From NCBI GenBank assembly GCA_014061035.1, contig JACGMN010000007.1, forward strand, positions 1 through 34,233: a stretch of 34,233 nucleotides of DNA. The letters run 5' to 3'. This DNA comes from Candidatus Methanophagales archaeon. Its GTDB lineage: Archaea > Halobacteriota > Syntropharchaeia > Alkanophagales > Methanospirareceae. Each line of letters begins with the position of its first letter. The first letter of the stretch is position 1. The translations under genes and the position numbers were made by a program. This document shows, piece by piece, positions 25,076 through 34,040 of this stretch. Under the pieces are notes generated by a model, which searched no databases, was not told where the DNA came from, and saw only the letters and a list, made by a program, of their open reading frames with translations.

Positions 25076-25507
25076 ATGACAGAATACAGTGAGATTTTGG
25101 ATAGGGCGTTGAGCCAATTATCGGCGAGTCCGACTACCAGTGACTCGCGGTTCGTTTTACCGGCCTTAAAAGTATTTACGGAGGGAAAGACAACGATATT
25201 TGAGAATTTTGATGTTATATGCGACTACATCAACAGGGAAAGGGCGCACGTGATGAAATTTTTGCTGAACGAACTTGGTACGGCAGGTAAGATTGTAGGC
25301 GATAGGGTAATTTTCCAGGGAAGATTCTCGCTGGACGCAATCGAGGACCAAATTCGGCGGTATATGGATGAATACGTACTCTGCTGGGAGTGTAAGAAAC
25401 CGGATTCACACTTTGAGAAGCTTGACCGCGTCTGGGTGCTGAAATGCGATGCATGCGGTGCAATTCGCCCGATCATGAAGCGACGTGGTGGGAAGGCAGC
25501 GCGATGA
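25076..25507 (+). CDS. Translation initiation factor aIF-2 beta subunit
   Basis: The N-terminus is YSEILDRA. The C-terminal zinc ribbon is YVLC.EC..PDS......R...LKC.ACGA. Confidence 0.9.
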   Translation: MTEYSEILDRALSQLSASPTTSDSRFVLPALKVFTEGKTTIFENFDVICDYINRERAHVMKFLLNELGTAGKIVGDRVIFQGRFSLDAIEDQIRRYMDEYVLCWECKKPDSHFEKLDRVWVLKCDACGAIRPIMKRRGGKAAR

Positions 25508-25510
25508 GCG

Positions 25511-26197
25511 ATGAAATACGACCTGCACATCCACTCAAAATACTCGGCAGATGGTGTTCTTGAACCTGAAAAGATCGTGAAAATCGCGATGCGAGTAGGG
25601 CTTGATGGAATCGCAGTAACAGATCACGAGACGATAAAAGGCGGGGTAAAAGCAAAGAAATATGAAAATGATGATCTCATCGTGATAGTTGGTTCGGAAA
25701 TAGAAACCGAGAGAGGAGAGATAATTGGTCTTTTTCTTGAAGAAGAAGTCAAATCAAGGAGTCTTCAGGAGGTCATCGATGAGATTAAAGATCAAAACGG
25801 TATAGCTGTGGTACCGCATCCTTTTGATAGATTAAGGCGTCTCACATTTCATCCAACAGAAGAAGATGTAAAATTCATAGATTGTATCGAGGGCTTCAAT
25901 TCACGGTGCGTATTTCAGCGATACAATAAGAGAGCGATAGAGTATGGAATAGAACATGGCTTAGCGATTACTGCTGGAAGTGACGCACATTTCGGAGGGC
26001 AAATCGGAGACGCGTTTATTTTAGCGGAATCTTCAGATGAGGAAGACTTGATGAGAAGAATCATGAAAAAAGAGATTAGTTTCAATGGAAGATTGAGCAA
26101 CCCTTTATATTTAGTCATTGGAAAGGTGCTTACTCAGGTTCAAAGTTTCAGGGTTCACGGTTCAAGGTTAGACAACAGATCAAGATTGAACGAGTAG
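25511..26197 (+). CDS. PHP-domain metal-dependent phosphoesterase
   Basis: YDLHIHS.YS.DG, G.DGIAVTDHET, PHPFD and AGSDAH are present. The last ~22 codons and the stop lie inside a repeat element. Confidence 0.8.
   Translation: MKYDLHIHSKYSADGVLEPEKIVKIAMRVGLDGIAVTDHETIKGGVKAKKYENDDLIVIVGSEIETERGEIIGLFLEEEVKSRSLQEVIDEIKDQNGIAVVPHPFDRLRRLTFHPTEEDVKFIDCIEGFNSRCVFQRYNKRAIEYGIEHGLAITAGSDAHFGGQIGDAFILAESSDEEDLMRRIMKKEISFNGRLSNPLYLVIGKVLTQVQSFRVHGSRLDNRSRLNE
26130..26197 (-). repeat. Short (about 68 bp) family-1 derivative
   Basis: It reads TTACTCAGGTTCAAAGTTTCAGGGTTCACGGTTCAAGGTTAGAC...GATTGAACGAGTAG. The first 45 nt match the reverse complement of the right end of copies A and B. Confidence 0.7.
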
Positions 26198-26241
26198 GCG
26201 AACAAGTGTGGACACGAGTGAAAGGAATTGCAACCAAGCTA

Positions 26242-27408
26242 TTACATAACTTTCAATGACCGACCGCCTACAATCCGCCCCTCGTGGATCACTGCCGCTA
26301 TGTCAGTACGTCTCGCTCTTCTCACCACTCCTTTTACAGGATCGCTAACGTTTCTCATATTTGCTGTGTCGGTACGGATCACAACGAGATTCGCCTTCTT
26401 ACCCTCTTCTATCGAGCCCACCGATTCCGATTCCTTCAGCACCGCCGCAGAATCAAGCGTGCACATCTTGAGCACATCCTTTGCCTCGCTGCGGAAGATC
26501 TTAGAGATGAATTCCATTTCAGAGAACATATCTGGCGAATTCAGCATTACGTTATCTGTGCCTGCACCGACAGTCAAACCAGATTCGAGCATCTGCTGTA
26601 ACGGTGGCAGACCAGATCCAGTAACTAAATTAGAGCGGATGCAAACGACAGCAGCTATATCTGCATCATACATCTTCTTGAAGTCCTGATGCGATGCTTT
26701 TATAAGATGCACGAGGAAATCGGGCTCGAGTTCTATCGCATCTGCTATGTCCTCAGCGGTTCGCTCACCAGCATGAAGTGCGAACATCTTATTCATTCTC
26801 TTTGCTTCTAAAGCTGGTAGTTTTATCGCTTCCAGTGGATAGTCTGCGACACTGCTCATACCTATTCCGTCCACCGCCTTAAGAAGCTTGTCAATAGCTA
26901 CCTCTACCGTTCCTGTCCTGTCTACCTCAACAGAATCGGGAACGGGACTGCCGAATATTTTTACACCTATTTGCTCCTGCTTCTTCCTTTCTATATAACA
27001 TAAAACAGCCCTTAACGCGAGCACACCCGGAAGACCACCTTCGCGGAAATCTGCGAATATCTGTGTCCCTGTAGCAAGCATATCCTCAATAGTATCGTTC
27101 ATCGCCGAGACCAGCGCTCCATAGGTGGCTGCCCCCAATATCCTATGCTTAAATCCGCCGGGACCAACTAATTGCTCGAGAGGCATAAACTCTGGCTCTT
27201 TTAATACAGAATCACCGATGTGCGTATGTGCATTGACGAAAGCAGGGATTATAATACCTTCTATCGCTGCGTCTATCTTTCTATTCTTTCTATTATCCTC
27301 TATTTCTTTTATCTTCCCATCCTCAATTACGAGATACCCGTCCTTCGCTTCAAAATCATCGCCTGCTACTACTATTCCTGAAAGTGAAAACGAACAAGTC
27401 AAGGTCAA
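26242..27408 (-). CDS. Amidohydrolase-superfamily protein (chlorohydrolase/deaminase-like)
   Basis: PAFVNAHTHIGDS is the HxH metal site. HAGE and GTDN motifs are also present. The substrate cannot be assigned from sequence. Confidence 0.72.
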   Translation of the reverse strand: MTLTCSFSLSGIVVAGDDFEAKDGYLVIEDGKIKEIEDNRKNRKIDAAIEGIIIPAFVNAHTHIGDSVLKEPEFMPLEQLVGPGGFKHRILGAATYGALVSAMNDTIEDMLATGTQIFADFREGGLPGVLALRAVLCYIERKKQEQIGVKIFGSPVPDSVEVDRTGTVEVAIDKLLKAVDGIGMSSVADYPLEAIKLPALEAKRMNKMFALHAGERTAEDIADAIELEPDFLVHLIKASHQDFKKMYDADIAAVVCIRSNLVTGSGLPPLQQMLESGLTVGAGTDNVMLNSPDMFSEMEFISKIFRSEAKDVLKMCTLDSAAVLKESESVGSIEEGKKANLVVIRTDTANMRNVSDPVKGVVRRARRTDIAAVIHEGRIVGGRSLKVM

Positions 27409-27409
27409 G

Positions 27410-28720
27410 CTATAGGTACTCCTCTTCTATACGCAACAATTGATTGTACTTGATCGTCCTCTCGCTTCGTGCAGGAGCGCCAGTTTTTATCAGCTCTGCA
27501 TTTATTGCTACCGCGAAGTCGGCGATGAACGGATCCTCGGTCTCTCCCGATCGATGGCTGACTACTTTCTTATACTCGTTCTTATTAGCCAGACGAACGG
27601 TCTCCAGCGTCTCCGAGATAGTTCCGATTTGATTCAACTTCAGCAGAACCGCATTTGCCGCTTTCTTCCTTATACCCGCCTCTAACAGCCTGGCATTTGT
27701 AACAAAAAGGTCATCACCGACGATAATCTGCCGCGATAGCCTTGCTGTAAGTTCTGCAAATAACTCAAAAGATTCCTCTTCAAACGGGTCCTCTATTAAT
27801 TCTAATGGATAGGTCTCGACAAGGTCTTGATAGAAGTCAACGAGTTCAGCGCCCTCTCTCACTCTGCCATCTATCATGTACTTCCCGGTCTTCGGATCGA
27901 AGAACGATGACGCAGCAGCATCTATACCAAGCCGTATTTCAGATTCAGAATATCCTGCCTCTGCTATTGCCACTGTTATCGCCTCGAGTGGCTGACTCGT
28001 TAGACGCATAGCGGGCGCATAACCGCCTTCATCACCTACATTCGTAGCGATTTTTCCATATCTATCTATTAACACCGTCTTAAGTGCATGATAAATCTCA
28101 ACGCCAGCCCTCAATCTATCGCTGAACCTGTCAAAGCCGGTAGGCAATATGTGAAATTCCTGTATGCTCAACTCGTTACCTGCATGCTGACCACCGTTTA
28201 TCAGGTTCATCAACGGTACTGGTAACTGGAACTCAAACGCGAGTTTTAGCCCTGATCCTAATCCTGATCTTGATCCTGATCTTGATCCTGATCTTGATCC
28301 TGCTACGTCCTCACAGATATAAGCAAAAAGCGGTTTCTTTAACGAATCTGCAGCAGCTTTGCAGACCGCGATTGATGTCCCGACTATTGCATTTGCACCT
28401 AAATTCGACTTGTTCTCAGTTCCATCCAGTTCTATCAACTGCGTATCTATCTCTCGTTGTTCGAGAGTGTCCATTCCATTAAGTGCTTTTTTAATAACTG
28501 TATTCACAGCTTCAACAGCTTTGAGAACCCCTTTACCGCCATATCTTCTCTTATCACCATCTCTCTTCTCCATTGCTTCTTTACTACCTGTTGATGCTCC
28601 TGAAGGTACGCTCGCCCTGCCAAACCCGTTCGTTGTACTCACGTCTACTTCTATGGTGGGGTTTCCACGAGAATCAAGTATTTCTCTTCCTTTTATTCCT
28701 CTTATCTCTGTTACCGTCAT
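27410..28720 (-). CDS. eno: Enolase (phosphopyruvate hydratase)
   Basis: I.GREILDSRGNPT.EV, SVPSGASTG..EA, LPVPLMNLINGG, IVGDDL and SHRSGETED are present. It carries a GSRSGSRSGSRSGLGSGL insert. Confidence 0.95.
   Translation of the reverse strand: MTVTEIRGIKGREILDSRGNPTIEVDVSTTNGFGRASVPSGASTGSKEAMEKRDGDKRRYGGKGVLKAVEAVNTVIKKALNGMDTLEQREIDTQLIELDGTENKSNLGANAIVGTSIAVCKAAADSLKKPLFAYICEDVAGSRSGSRSGSRSGLGSGLKLAFEFQLPVPLMNLINGGQHAGNELSIQEFHILPTGFDRFSDRLRAGVEIYHALKTVLIDRYGKIATNVGDEGGYAPAMRLTSQPLEAITVAIAEAGYSESEIRLGIDAAASSFFDPKTGKYMIDGRVREGAELVDFYQDLVETYPLELIEDPFEEESFELFAELTARLSRQIIVGDDLFVTNARLLEAGIRKKAANAVLLKLNQIGTISETLETVRLANKNEYKKVVSHRSGETEDPFIADFAVAINAELIKTGAPARSERTIKYNQLLRIEEEYL
28251..28303. 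repeat. In-frame 6/12-bp microsatellite inside eno
   Basis: It reads CCTGATCCTAATCCTGATCTTGATCCTGATCTTGATCCTGATCTTGATCCTG. On the minus strand it encodes GSRSGSRSGSRSGLGSG. Confidence 0.9.
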
Positions 28721-28788
28721 AGGATATTTCTAATATAATCTTAAGATAGATATGATAGATAAATATAGTTGAGGATGAAAAAAGGTAG

Positions 28789-30444
28789 ATGGACACAATA
28801 AGAGATGAAATGGAAAGACCGAAGAGGGTGATTGTAACAGATAATATCTCAGAAGAGGGGATAAAGAAGCTGCGTGAGTTCGCAGTAGTTGATATTGAAT
28901 TAGAGTTGAGCAAAGCTGATTTAAAGGAACGCATTGCGGACTACGATGCGATAGCCATACGAAGTGGAACGAGACTGACGACTGAGATAATAGAAGCCGG
29001 AAGCACCGGGCGGTTGAAAGTAATCGGTAGAGCCGGTGTCGGGCTGGATAATATAGCTGTGGAGACAGCGACAGATAAGGGGATACTGGTGGTGAACGCG
29101 CCAGATGCGAATACGATATCTGTTGCCGAGCATACTATTGCACTGCTGCTAAGCCTATCGCGGAAGATACCGGCTGCGAATCTCTCGCTAAAATCCGGAG
29201 ATTGGAACAGAAAAGAGTACAAGGGTGTGGAAGTAAATGGCAAGGTATTATGTATAATTGGTCTCGGTAGAGTGGGTAGCGAAGTTGCAAAGAGAGCAAA
29301 AGGGCTTGGAATGAAGATCATCGCATACGATCCGTTCATATCTGTAGATAAGGCAAAAGAGCTCGGCATCACTCTTGCAAGTTTAAATAAATCTATTCAA
29401 GCCGCAGATTTCATCACGATTCATACACCACTGACAAAGGATACGTTGAACCTGATAAGTACAAAAGAGTTCGCGATGATGAAAGACGGTGTTCGTCTGA
29501 TAAATTGTGCACGCGGGGGGATAGTAGATGAGAAGGCATTAAAAGATGCGATAAAGGGCGGTAAAGTAGCTGGAGCGGCTCTGGATGTCTTTGTACATGA
29601 GCCACCGTTACCAGAAGAACGTGACTTACTGGAACTTGCAGAAGTGATCGTTACACCTCATCTGGGTGCATACACAACTGAAGCGCAGGATGCTGCTGGT
29701 GTAGAGATTGCTGATGATCTGATAGCGGCGTTACAGAACAAAACGGTAAGAAATTCTGTGAACATGTTCTACGTTGAAGAGGAGATAATGGAGACGATAA
29801 AGCCGTATTTAGAATTAGGCAAGAAACTGGGACTACTCGCAGCACAGCTCATACCAAATTCAGGCAGATTTGAATTGCTTGAGATCTCTTATGAAGGCGA
29901 ATTGGGATCAGCAAATACAGGAGGTATAGGTGAGAACACGAGAATAATCACGCGTGCAATCTTGAAGAGCTTCCTCTCATTGTTCACCGATGGCGTGAAT
30001 TACGTTAATGCAGATGCAATAGCGAGGAAATTCGGGATAAAAGTTATGGAACGGAATACAGAAGAGATAGAAGATTTTAGCTCATTGATCAGTATTAGAA
30101 CTGTTACTCGAGCAGATGGAGAAGAGAAAGTGAAGAGAGTTGCAGGTACACTCTTCGGAAAATACGATCCACGGATAGTGAAGATAGATGGGTACCGCGT
30201 AGATGCAGTTCCTTCCGGCTATATGCTTATCTGCTCATTCCTCGATAAACCGCGTGTGATCGGTCCTGTTTGCACGATTTTAGGCGATAGGGGCATAAAT
30301 ATCGCTGGGATGCAGGTGGGCAGGGAGGAAGTAGGAGGAGAAGCGGTTATGGTGATTAACGTGGACGGCATGGTTAGTGAAGGATGCATCGACGAGATAA
30401 AGGAGGTGGAGAACATAGCGGATGTAACACTTGTGAAGCTGTAA
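28789..30444 (+). CDS. serA: D-3-phosphoglycerate dehydrogenase (long form with ASB and ACT domains)
   Basis: GIIGLGRVGSEVA is the NAD-binding site. The NCARGG and TPHLGA motifs are present, followed by a C-terminal ACT-like domain. Confidence 0.92.
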   Translation: MDTIRDEMERPKRVIVTDNISEEGIKKLREFAVVDIELELSKADLKERIADYDAIAIRSGTRLTTEIIEAGSTGRLKVIGRAGVGLDNIAVETATDKGILVVNAPDANTISVAEHTIALLLSLSRKIPAANLSLKSGDWNRKEYKGVEVNGKVLCIIGLGRVGSEVAKRAKGLGMKIIAYDPFISVDKAKELGITLASLNKSIQAADFITIHTPLTKDTLNLISTKEFAMMKDGVRLINCARGGIVDEKALKDAIKGGKVAGAALDVFVHEPPLPEERDLLELAEVIVTPHLGAYTTEAQDAAGVEIADDLIAALQNKTVRNSVNMFYVEEEIMETIKPYLELGKKLGLLAAQLIPNSGRFELLEISYEGELGSANTGGIGENTRIITRAILKSFLSLFTDGVNYVNADAIARKFGIKVMERNTEEIEDFSSLISIRTVTRADGEEKVKRVAGTLFGKYDPRIVKIDGYRVDAVPSGYMLICSFLDKPRVIGPVCTILGDRGINIAGMQVGREEVGGEAVMVINVDGMVSEGCIDEIKEVENIADVTLVKL

Positions 30445-30473
30445 CTGTATTTTCTGTTCTCTGATTTCTGGTC

Positions 30474-31730
30474 TTAATCAAATACCAAAACATCATTCAA
30501 AACAGCGATTACTTCGTCTATCTCATTTTTACTTATAACCAGTGGCGGCACTAACCTTATCACGCTCTCAGAAGTGCAATTTATCAAGACGCCAAGGTCA
30601 ATAGCTTTCTTAGCAATAATTCCACTACACGGGTTCGTCAATTCTATCGCTATCATCAGCCCTTTTCCTCTTATTTCCTTTATATATCTATACCCGGACC
30701 CTGACCTTAACCTTAGCCCATTCTCTCCTGTATGAAGATTATTAAGAGAATTCATTAAATATTCGCCAAGTTCTCGTGACCGTTCAACCAGTTTCTCATC
30801 CTCTATCACGGTTATAGACGCCAGTGCTGCTGCACACGCGAGTGGATTGCCACCAAATGTCGTTCCATGCTCACCGATCTCAAACTCTATTCCCTCCTTT
30901 GCAAGTACAGCACCAATAGGGAACCCGGCACCCATTGCCTTTGCTACCGTCATTATATCAGGCTCTACGCGATCGTGCTCCTTACCAAACCACCGCCCTG
31001 TCCGACCAAACCCGGTCTGTATCTCATCAAGGATCAGCAAAACACCTTTCCTGGTGCATATCTCTCTTACCTCTTCCAGATACCCTTCTGAAGGAACTAA
31101 TACCCCTGCTTCTCCCTGGATAGGCTCTAATATGACTGCGGCAGTATCGCGATCTATCGCCTTTTCAATCGCTGTTGCATCGTTGTATCTTACAAATTTC
31201 ACGTTTTTCAGGAGTATCGGTTCAAAAGCAGCCCGGAATTTTTTGCCCGCGGTCAGACTCAAGGAACCAAGAGTTCTGCCATGAAAACTTCCTTCTGCAG
31301 CTATAAAATTATGCTTACCAGTAACTTTACATGCCAATTTCACCGCAGCTTCTATGCTTTCCGTCCCCGAATTACAGAAAAAGACCTTTGCCATACCACT
31401 ACTACTACCACTACTACTACTACTACCACTACTACTTATTTCAGTCAGTTTCTCTGCAAGTTTCACCTGCGGCTCGCTGTAATACAAATTCGAGACGTGA
31501 ATGAGCTTCTCAGCCTGCTCCTTCATTGCATTCACTACCACCGGATGGCAGTGCCCAACTGCGTTTACTGCAATGCCACCGACGCAGTCTATATACTCGT
31601 TACCCGAGAAATCTGTTACTATCGCTCCTTTTCCACTTTTTAATACTATTCGCTCTCTTTTGTACGTTTGCATTAAGTATCTCTTCTCGTTCTCAAAGAC
31701 TTCTTCCATAGACGTGAACAATTGAATCAT
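30474..31730 (-). CDS. argD: Class-III aminotransferase, acetylornithine aminotransferase-like
   Basis: FFCNSGTES.EAA.KLA, DEIQTGFGRTG and T.AK..G.G.P.GA (PLP Lys) are present. It carries a poly-Ser/Gly insert. Confidence 0.82.
   Translation of the reverse strand: MIQLFTSMEEVFENEKRYLMQTYKRERIVLKSGKGAIVTDFSGNEYIDCVGGIAVNAVGHCHPVVVNAMKEQAEKLIHVSNLYYSEPQVKLAEKLTEISSSGSSSSSGSSSGMAKVFFCNSGTESIEAAVKLACKVTGKHNFIAAEGSFHGRTLGSLSLTAGKKFRAAFEPILLKNVKFVRYNDATAIEKAIDRDTAAVILEPIQGEAGVLVPSEGYLEEVREICTRKGVLLILDEIQTGFGRTGRWFGKEHDRVEPDIMTVAKAMGAGFPIGAVLAKEGIEFEIGEHGTTFGGNPLACAAALASITVIEDEKLVERSRELGEYLMNSLNNLHTGENGLRLRSGSGYRYIKEIRGKGLMIAIELTNPCSGIIAKKAIDLGVLINCTSESVIRLVPPLVISKNEIDEVIAVLNDVLVFD
31395..31437. 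repeat. In-frame ACT/ACC trinucleotide tract inside argD
   Basis: It reads ACCACTACTACTACCACTACTACTACTACTACCACTACTACT. On the minus strand it encodes SSSGSSSSSGSSSG. Confidence 0.9.
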
Positions 31731-31757
31731 CTCCTTTGACGTTGATGCTGATGAGAG

Positions 31758-32723
31758 TTAGAATGAGTAAAAGTTCGAGATTGCCATTATATTTCCGTGA
31801 AGACTCTCGTCTAAATAACGCAGATAAAATTTAGCAGGATCAATATCATTATTTATCAGGATCTCGCCACCGCCACCAAAAAGCAATCTCATCAAGGTTG
31901 GTCTGTTCTTATGTATCACCCTTGGTTCCATCTCGATTTCACCGAGATATGCTGCGCGATCGATGGCATCATGCAGGTTGCCAAAGCTATCGACTAAACC
32001 ATGCTCTTTAGCGACTGCACCAAGAAATATCCGTCCATCTGCAAGTTCTTTCACCTCGTTTATCGGTATCTCCCGTCCCTCCGCAACTGTCTTCACAAAT
32101 CTATTGTGGACCGCTGCCAGAGTCTCATTTATAAATTCCCGCTCTTCATCAGTGATATTTCTCCATGGCGCACCCATATCCTTCTTCTCACCAGACTTGA
32201 AGACCTCGTACCTTATTCCTTCCTCCTCAAAGTATGCCATTCTATTCTCGATTACCCAGATGACGGCAATGCTCCCGGTCATTGTGTCCGGACTTGCCAT
32301 GATATAATCTGCCGGAGCAGAGATCCAGTATGCACCAGACGTTGCGATGTCTCCCATCGAGATTACAATTGGAATTTCCGTTCGTTCGATCTCAATAGCG
32401 ATCTCCTGAGCTGCTGCCGGCGTACCACCAGGACTATTAAGCCTCAAAACGATTGCCCTTATAGACGGATCTCTCTCTGAATCACGTATACTATTGATGA
32501 CGTCCTCTGCTGATGCGAACCCAAAACCACCGGGTATGCTTCCTGATATTATCGGTCCCTGGACATGTATCACTGCTACAGCCTCCCGTGTGATTATGTA
32601 GTCTCCAACTCTCATATCGACCATATCAGTCGTAATTAACAATATCGCCACAGTGGTTGAGAGGAGCATTATCGCGATCAGGATATATCCAATCCTTCTG
32701 TTCCTCTTTGATTTGTCGTACAT
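31758..32723 (-). CDS. sppA: Signal peptide peptidase SppA (36K type, peptidase S49)
   Basis: An N-terminal TM helix is followed by LR.NSPGG. ASGAYWI.A.AD.I.A.P....GSI.V carries the catalytic Ser context. Confidence 0.85.
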   Translation of the reverse strand: MYDKSKRNRRIGYILIAIMLLSTTVAILLITTDMVDMRVGDYIITREAVAVIHVQGPIISGSIPGGFGFASAEDVINSIRDSERDPSIRAIVLRLNSPGGTPAAAQEIAIEIERTEIPIVISMGDIATSGAYWISAPADYIMASPDTMTGSIAVIWVIENRMAYFEEEGIRYEVFKSGEKKDMGAPWRNITDEEREFINETLAAVHNRFVKTVAEGREIPINEVKELADGRIFLGAVAKEHGLVDSFGNLHDAIDRAAYLGEIEMEPRVIHKNRPTLMRLLFGGGGEILINNDIDPAKFYLRYLDESLHGNIMAISNFYSF

Positions 32724-32755
32724 CTTCTCGTTTAATCCACCATCTTTCCTTATGC

Positions 32756-33337
32756 CTAAGCTAGCGGTATGCCAGCTATCGCCATTAGCGCGATCACCAC
32801 CACCGCCAAAACAATAATAGCTACTACCGAGCCGACCACCGTGATAGCTGCCCTTAGTATCGAGAACCTCTCTGCTATGCTTATGGCAAAGATCGTAAGG
32901 ACGCAGTACCAGACAAAACCTATCAGGTCAATAAGACTCGATAGCAGCGGTGATATAAACCATGTTACCAGGCTTAATGGATATATCAGTAGATATGGCA
33001 CGTATGCATAACCTATGAGGTGTAAAAGCATGCTGTATTCACCCTTTCCGCCGATGAGTTTGGCAACCAGGTGAAGTATTCCAACGTATATAACCCACGA
33101 TAAAAGTGTGGACGTTAAACCAAGAATGAACAACCCGGTAAAATCAAGCGGTATCAGAGGTATTAATTCTGGGGGCATCATGCGGGGAAGCAGCATGCCA
33201 AGTAATATACCAGCAAAGGCTCCTGCCAGCAGAACAACAATAAAAGCGTCCCTAAGTGCTCTCTCTTTCGAAAGCTGCTCTAATGTTTCACGTGGTGAAA
33301 TGACCATCGCACCAAGTCGCTCGACAAAATCTGTCAT
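32756..33337 (-). CDS. Yip1-domain multi-pass membrane protein
   Basis: 193 aa with five predicted TM helices after a short soluble N-terminus (ISPRETLEQL). The family call is tentative. Confidence 0.5.
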   Translation of the reverse strand: MTDFVERLGAMVISPRETLEQLSKERALRDAFIVVLLAGAFAGILLGMLLPRMMPPELIPLIPLDFTGLFILGLTSTLLSWVIYVGILHLVAKLIGGKGEYSMLLHLIGYAYVPYLLIYPLSLVTWFISPLLSSLIDLIGFVWYCVLTIFAISIAERFSILRAAITVVGSVVAIIVLAVVVIALMAIAGIPLA

Positions 33338-33435
33338 CTATTTTATATCACTCCTTTTATATTTCTATTATTATTTCACCATATTATTGCACTATATAAA
33401 GATATGAGTTCATCATTCATATATCAGAGATCATA

Positions 33436-33816
33436 ATGTATAACATTGTGAAACAGATTATCATGGATGCGATGACGATCATACACTTGTCAAAAATAAC
33501 GCTTTTGAGGAGCTTGGTCGAGAAGATGGAGGTAGTAATCCCGCGTAAAGTGTTTAAAGAGTCGGTAAAAGACTCGTTGAGGCGGTATAACGATGCTTTG
33601 ATTACAGATGCTTTGATAAGGGAAGGCAAGATTATGATTTTGGACGCAAATATTGATGGGATAAAGGAGATTGAAAGATTTGGGATGACGGGTGGTGAGG
33701 CAGAAGTCGTTGCTCTCTACCGGGAGGGTAAATACGATGCCATTGCATCGGATGATGATGTTGTAAGGGAGAACAGAACACTGCTAAACTTAAAAGTCAT
33801 TAGTCCACGGTTATAA
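33436..33816 (+). CDS. PIN-like nuclease domain protein (DUF3368/COG2405-like), apparently C-terminally short
   Basis: IIMDAMTIIHLSKITLLRSLVEKM.EVVIPRKVFKE, GGEAEVVAL and ASDDDVVREN match the DUF3368 pattern from memory (D...E...D acidic residues). The ORF ends where the family normally continues with G(T/I)xG. Confidence 0.5.
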   Translation: MYNIVKQIIMDAMTIIHLSKITLLRSLVEKMEVVIPRKVFKESVKDSLRRYNDALITDALIREGKIMILDANIDGIKEIERFGMTGGEAEVVALYREGKYDAIASDDDVVRENRTLLNLKVISPRL

Positions 33817-34037
33817 TGCGGTTTATATTGGAAGGTATCAGAGAATACAAAAGAGAGAGGGCGGCAAGACTCTACAAAGAGCGAAGAGTATCAATAGATG
33901 GTGCGGCAGAACTCGCAGGTCTAACTGTTAGGGAGATGGTCAATTATCTGATAAGAAAAGGCTATAAATCTAACTATTCGTATGATGACCTGGAAAAGGA
34001 AATGGCGCTATTTAAAAAGGGTTCTGCAATTGATTAA
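33816..34037 (+). CDS. UPF0175/COG2886-like HTH antitoxin candidate
   Basis: 73 aa. A.LYKE.RVS...AAELAGL.V.EM..YL...G is the typical UPF0175 HTH segment. The start overlaps the upstream stop (TAATG). Confidence 0.55.
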   Translation: MRFILEGIREYKRERAARLYKERRVSIDGAAELAGLTVREMVNYLIRKGYKSNYSYDDLEKEMALFKKGSAID

Positions 34038-34040
34038 AAA

